Assembly (NCBI GenBank): GCA_002269645.1
Contig: NIVC01001494.1
Location: 62,001 to 126,000 of the forward strand
Reading direction: 5' to 3'
Length of the DNA stretch: 64,000 nucleotides
Source: Macrostomum lignano
Lineage: Eukaryota
A program made the position numbers and the translations under genes. Under the pieces are notes generated by a model that saw only the letters and a list, made by a program, of their open reading frames with translations, did no database searches and was not told where the DNA came from. Of this stretch, positions 60,770 through 64,000 are shown piece by piece; positions within the stretch are counted from its first letter, which is position 1, and the number at the start of each line of letters is the position of its first letter.

Positions 60770-63700
60770 TCAGCGGCACGCTGCCCTCCCGCCGAATGGC
60801 CTGGCGTCGTAGTTGCTGGGCACGTGCCAGAACCTGTCGTCCTGGAAGAAGTTCTCCATGCGCACCGGGTCCAGGATGGGCAGACGGAGAATGAAGCCTG
60901 CGGATGGGGAGGCGGGGAGGCTAAAGATGATGCTGGTTTGCTGGGTGAGTAGGAATGGGTGGTTAGAATTCAGTGGTGGGCAGGTCAGCCATCCCAGAGC
61001 ACAGGGCTGAGCAGCAGGGCAGGTCAGCCATCCCAGAGCACAGGGCTGAGCAGCAGGGCAGGTCAGCCAGCCCAGAGCACAGGGCTGAGCAGCAGGGCAG
61101 GTCAGCCAGCCCAGAGCACAGGGCTGAGCAGCAGGGCAGGTCAGCCAGCCCAGAGCACAGGGCTGAGCAGCCGCCCACCTGTCAGCAGGCCACCCAGGAC
61201 GGCGCACAGCAGCGTGAGTCCCAGCGCGGCGGCCTGAAAAGCCGCTTGCGACCCGGCGGAGCGGCCGGCGCCGCCTCCTTCAACTGACAGGGTGCCGTCC
61301 TTCACCACGTATTCGAAGGCGCTGCCGTTGGCCGTGACTGGCGCCCTGGCCGGAAAAATCTGGTAGAGCCTGCGGGGGAGTTTAAATGGGTCCGTGAGTG
61401 AGTTTATGGGTCCGTGAGTGAGTTAATGGGTCCGTGAGTGAGTTTATGGGTCCGTGGGTGAGTTTATGAGCCCACGAGTGAGTCTATGAGCCATTGATTG
61501 AGTTTATGAGTCATTGAGTGAGTTTATGAGCCATGGATTGAGTTTATGAGCCCTTGAGTGAGTTTATGAGCCCACGAGTGAGTTTATGAGCCATGGATTG
61601 AGTTTATGAGCCCTTGAGTGAGTTTATGAGCCCACGAGTGAGTTTATGAGCCATGGATTGAGCTTATGAGCCCTTGAGTGAGTTCATGAGCTCATGAGCG
61701 AGTCTATGAGCACATGAGTGAGTTCATGAGTGAGTTCGGAGACCCATACCACCATCTACCATGTCGCGCAGGATGCAGTCAGGCTGAGAGCGCGGGGCGG
61801 CTCATCCTGCCAGCAGTTCGGCAACCAATGAGATGCCGATCACTGCGAGCGTCTCGGCGTGTTTTTTCATTTTTTCATTGATTTTTTACTAATGTAAAGC
61901 CGGCCGGCCTCCCGCCCCGGAGCTCAGGCGGCTGTTTATGGATTTTAATTTAGTGTAAGGCATTTGTCTGCAACAATGCGCTGCCAGTGCAGCTGCCAAA
62001 GCGGGTGTTTGGAGATGCTGCAGCTCTGGTGCTCTTTTAGCTAAAAAATATGCGAGCTTGCGCTGGGACTGCTCGATTTTTTAAAAGGAAAGATGATGAT
62101 GGGAATCTGGGATTGCAATGCTGGAAATAATGTTTTCTTTCAAATACTCCTTGATTATGATGAGGGAATCTGGGATCCAAATGATGGGATCTGGATCCAA
62201 ATGATGGGATCGATCTAGATCCAAATGATGGGATCTGAATCCAAATGATGGAATAATCTGGGATCCAAATGATGGGATCTGGGATCCAAATGATGGGTTC
62301 TGGGATCCAAATGATGGGATCTGGGATCCAAATGATGGGATCTGGGATCCAAATGATGGGATCTGGGATCCAAATGATGGAATAATCTGGGATCCAAATG
62401 ATGGGATCTGGGATCCAAATGATGGAATAATCTGGGATCCAAATGATGGGATCTGGGATCCAAATGATGGAATAATCTGGGATCCAAATGATGGGATCTG
62501 GGATCCAAATGATGGAATAATCTGGGATCCAAATGATGGGATCTGGGATCCAAATGATGGGATCTGGGATCCAAATGATGGGATCTGGGGTCCAAATGAT
62601 GGAATAATCTGGGATCCAAATGATGGGTTCTGGGATCCAAATGATGGGATCTGGGGTCCAAATGATGGAATAATCTGGGATCCAAATGATGGAATAATCT
62701 GGGATCCAAATGATGGGTTCTGGGATCCAAATGATGGGATCTGGGATCCAAATGATGGAATAATCTGGGATCCAAATGATGGGATCTAGGATCCAAATGA
62801 TGGGATCTGGATCCAAATGATGGTAGGTTAAATCAATTTAATTAGTGGATCTGGAAAAAAGATGATTTAGGTGCCGAAGCCGGATGGGGATCTGGAATAA
62901 AGACAATCGGGATCTGGGATAAAGGTAAACAGAATGACCGAAGTGCACATAAAGACTGTTGCCATGGCAAGCAGCACCTCACCCGTTCCCATAGTCATCG
63001 AGGCTGGCCGAAGCGGAGTAGATGATGCCCAGGAGGCCGGCCAGCAGACCGGGCATGCCGTGCAGGTTGTTGACCCCGCACGTGTCCAGGATGTTGGCGG
63101 CGCGCAGCTTTTTCTGCAGATTTTGCGGAAAGGAACTGCCTGAGCTACTGACAGTAGGCTGTGGTAGGTTTGCTTCTGTTAGGCAAATGATAGAAAAAGA
63201 CAGATCCCAGCACGAATTCCCAGAAATTAAATCCCAGATCCCAAATCCCAGATCCCAAATCCCAGATCCCAAATCCCAGATCCAAAATCCCAGATCCCAC
63301 CTGCAAAACCCGCATACCAATTCTTGACTCCCATCCCAAGTCACACATCTCAAACCTCATATCCCCATAACGGGATACCCAATCTCAAATCTTAAATCCC
63401 AGGTTCCAAATCCCAGATCCAAAATCCCAGATCGCAACTCCCAGATCCCAAATCCCAGATCCCAAATCCCAGATCCCAAATCCCAGATCCCAAATCCCAG
63501 ATCCCAAATCCCAGATCCCAAATCCCAGATTCTAATCTCAATCTTCCTATTGCATCAACCCCCCGCAGGCAGGTGAGCAGTGCTCACGCCAGGTGCTCAC
63601 AGCAATCACAGCGTAGCCAAACACGCTGAGCAGGCCGGCCAAGCAACCGATGATCAGAGCTCCGTACGGCCGGATCATCATGTCGGCGACTGTCCCGACG

Positions 63701-63899
63701 GCCACCCCGCCGGCCAGCGTGGCGTTCTGAATGTGACTCATCTCGAACTTGCCCTTCTCGAAGAGGGCGGAGGCGGCGTAGGCCACGACGGTGCAGGCGG
63801 CCAGGGACAGGTAGGTGTTGATCACCGCCCGGTGCTTGTCGTCTCCCGAGGCCAGGCCGGCGTTGAAACTCGGCCAGTACAGCCACAGAAAGATGGTGC
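60770..63899 (-). CDS. Rh50: Rh-type ammonium/ammonia channel (Rh50 group), 3' portion; 5' exons lie beyond the window
   Basis: Exons 63899-63601 ([28 protein letters not shown]), 63113-62983 ([13 protein letters not shown]), 61369-61179 and 60897-60770 ([11 protein letters not shown]). Splice phases match. Confidence 0.95.
60975..61170. repeat. 39-bp minisatellite in Rh intron
   Basis: Unit GGGCAGGTCAGCCAGCCCAGAGCACAGGGCTGAGCAGCA, about 5 copies, starting at the donor. Confidence 0.93.
61390..61735. repeat. 20-bp minisatellite in Rh intron
   Basis: GAGTGAGTTTATGAGCCC.. units. Confidence 0.9.
62165..62825. repeat. 22/26-bp minisatellite in Rh intron
   Basis: CTGGGATCCAAATGATGG(GAT/AATAAT) units. 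Confidence 0.95.
63205..63530. repeat. 14-bp repeat (ATCCCAGATCCCAA) in Rh intron
   Basis: Direct reading; two blocks. Confidence 0.9.
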
Positions 63900-63904
63900 C
63901 TGCG

Positions 63905-64000
63905 GGAGTGAGTGAGTGAGTGAGTGAGTGAGTGAGTGAGTGAGTGAGTGAGTGAGTGAGTGAGTGTGTGAGTGAGTGAGTGAGTGAGTGAGTGAGTGAG
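63905..64000. repeat. (GAGT)n microsatellite
   Basis: Direct reading. Confidence 0.97.

Overview
Eukaryotic genomic DNA with GC3-rich exons, spliceosomal introns, and most introns filled by their own minisatellite. This style plus a YMRFamide precursor suggests a free-living flatworm such as Macrostomum (inference, not proven). 0.4-23.6 kb holds four tandem minus-strand paralogues of a secreted-type PAN/Apple-like + F-type (fucose) lectin. Copy 1 is split inside an exon by an unclassified 4,486-bp insertion with no target duplication and hairpin ends. Copy 3 carries a solo-LTR-like insert containing a 25-bp array. Copy 4 has a decayed Ty3/gypsy element in intron 1. A mariner remnant lies at about 28.2-28.7 kb. 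The window then contains AHA1 (+), an SCaMC Ca2+-binding mitochondrial carrier (+), a Doc2/rabphilin-like tandem C2 protein (-), a YMRFamide neuropeptide precursor (+) and the 3' part of an Rh ammonium channel (-). Most long ORFs in the supplied track are artefacts of tandem repeats. Exon coordinates were derived by hand from splice signals and frame continuity.
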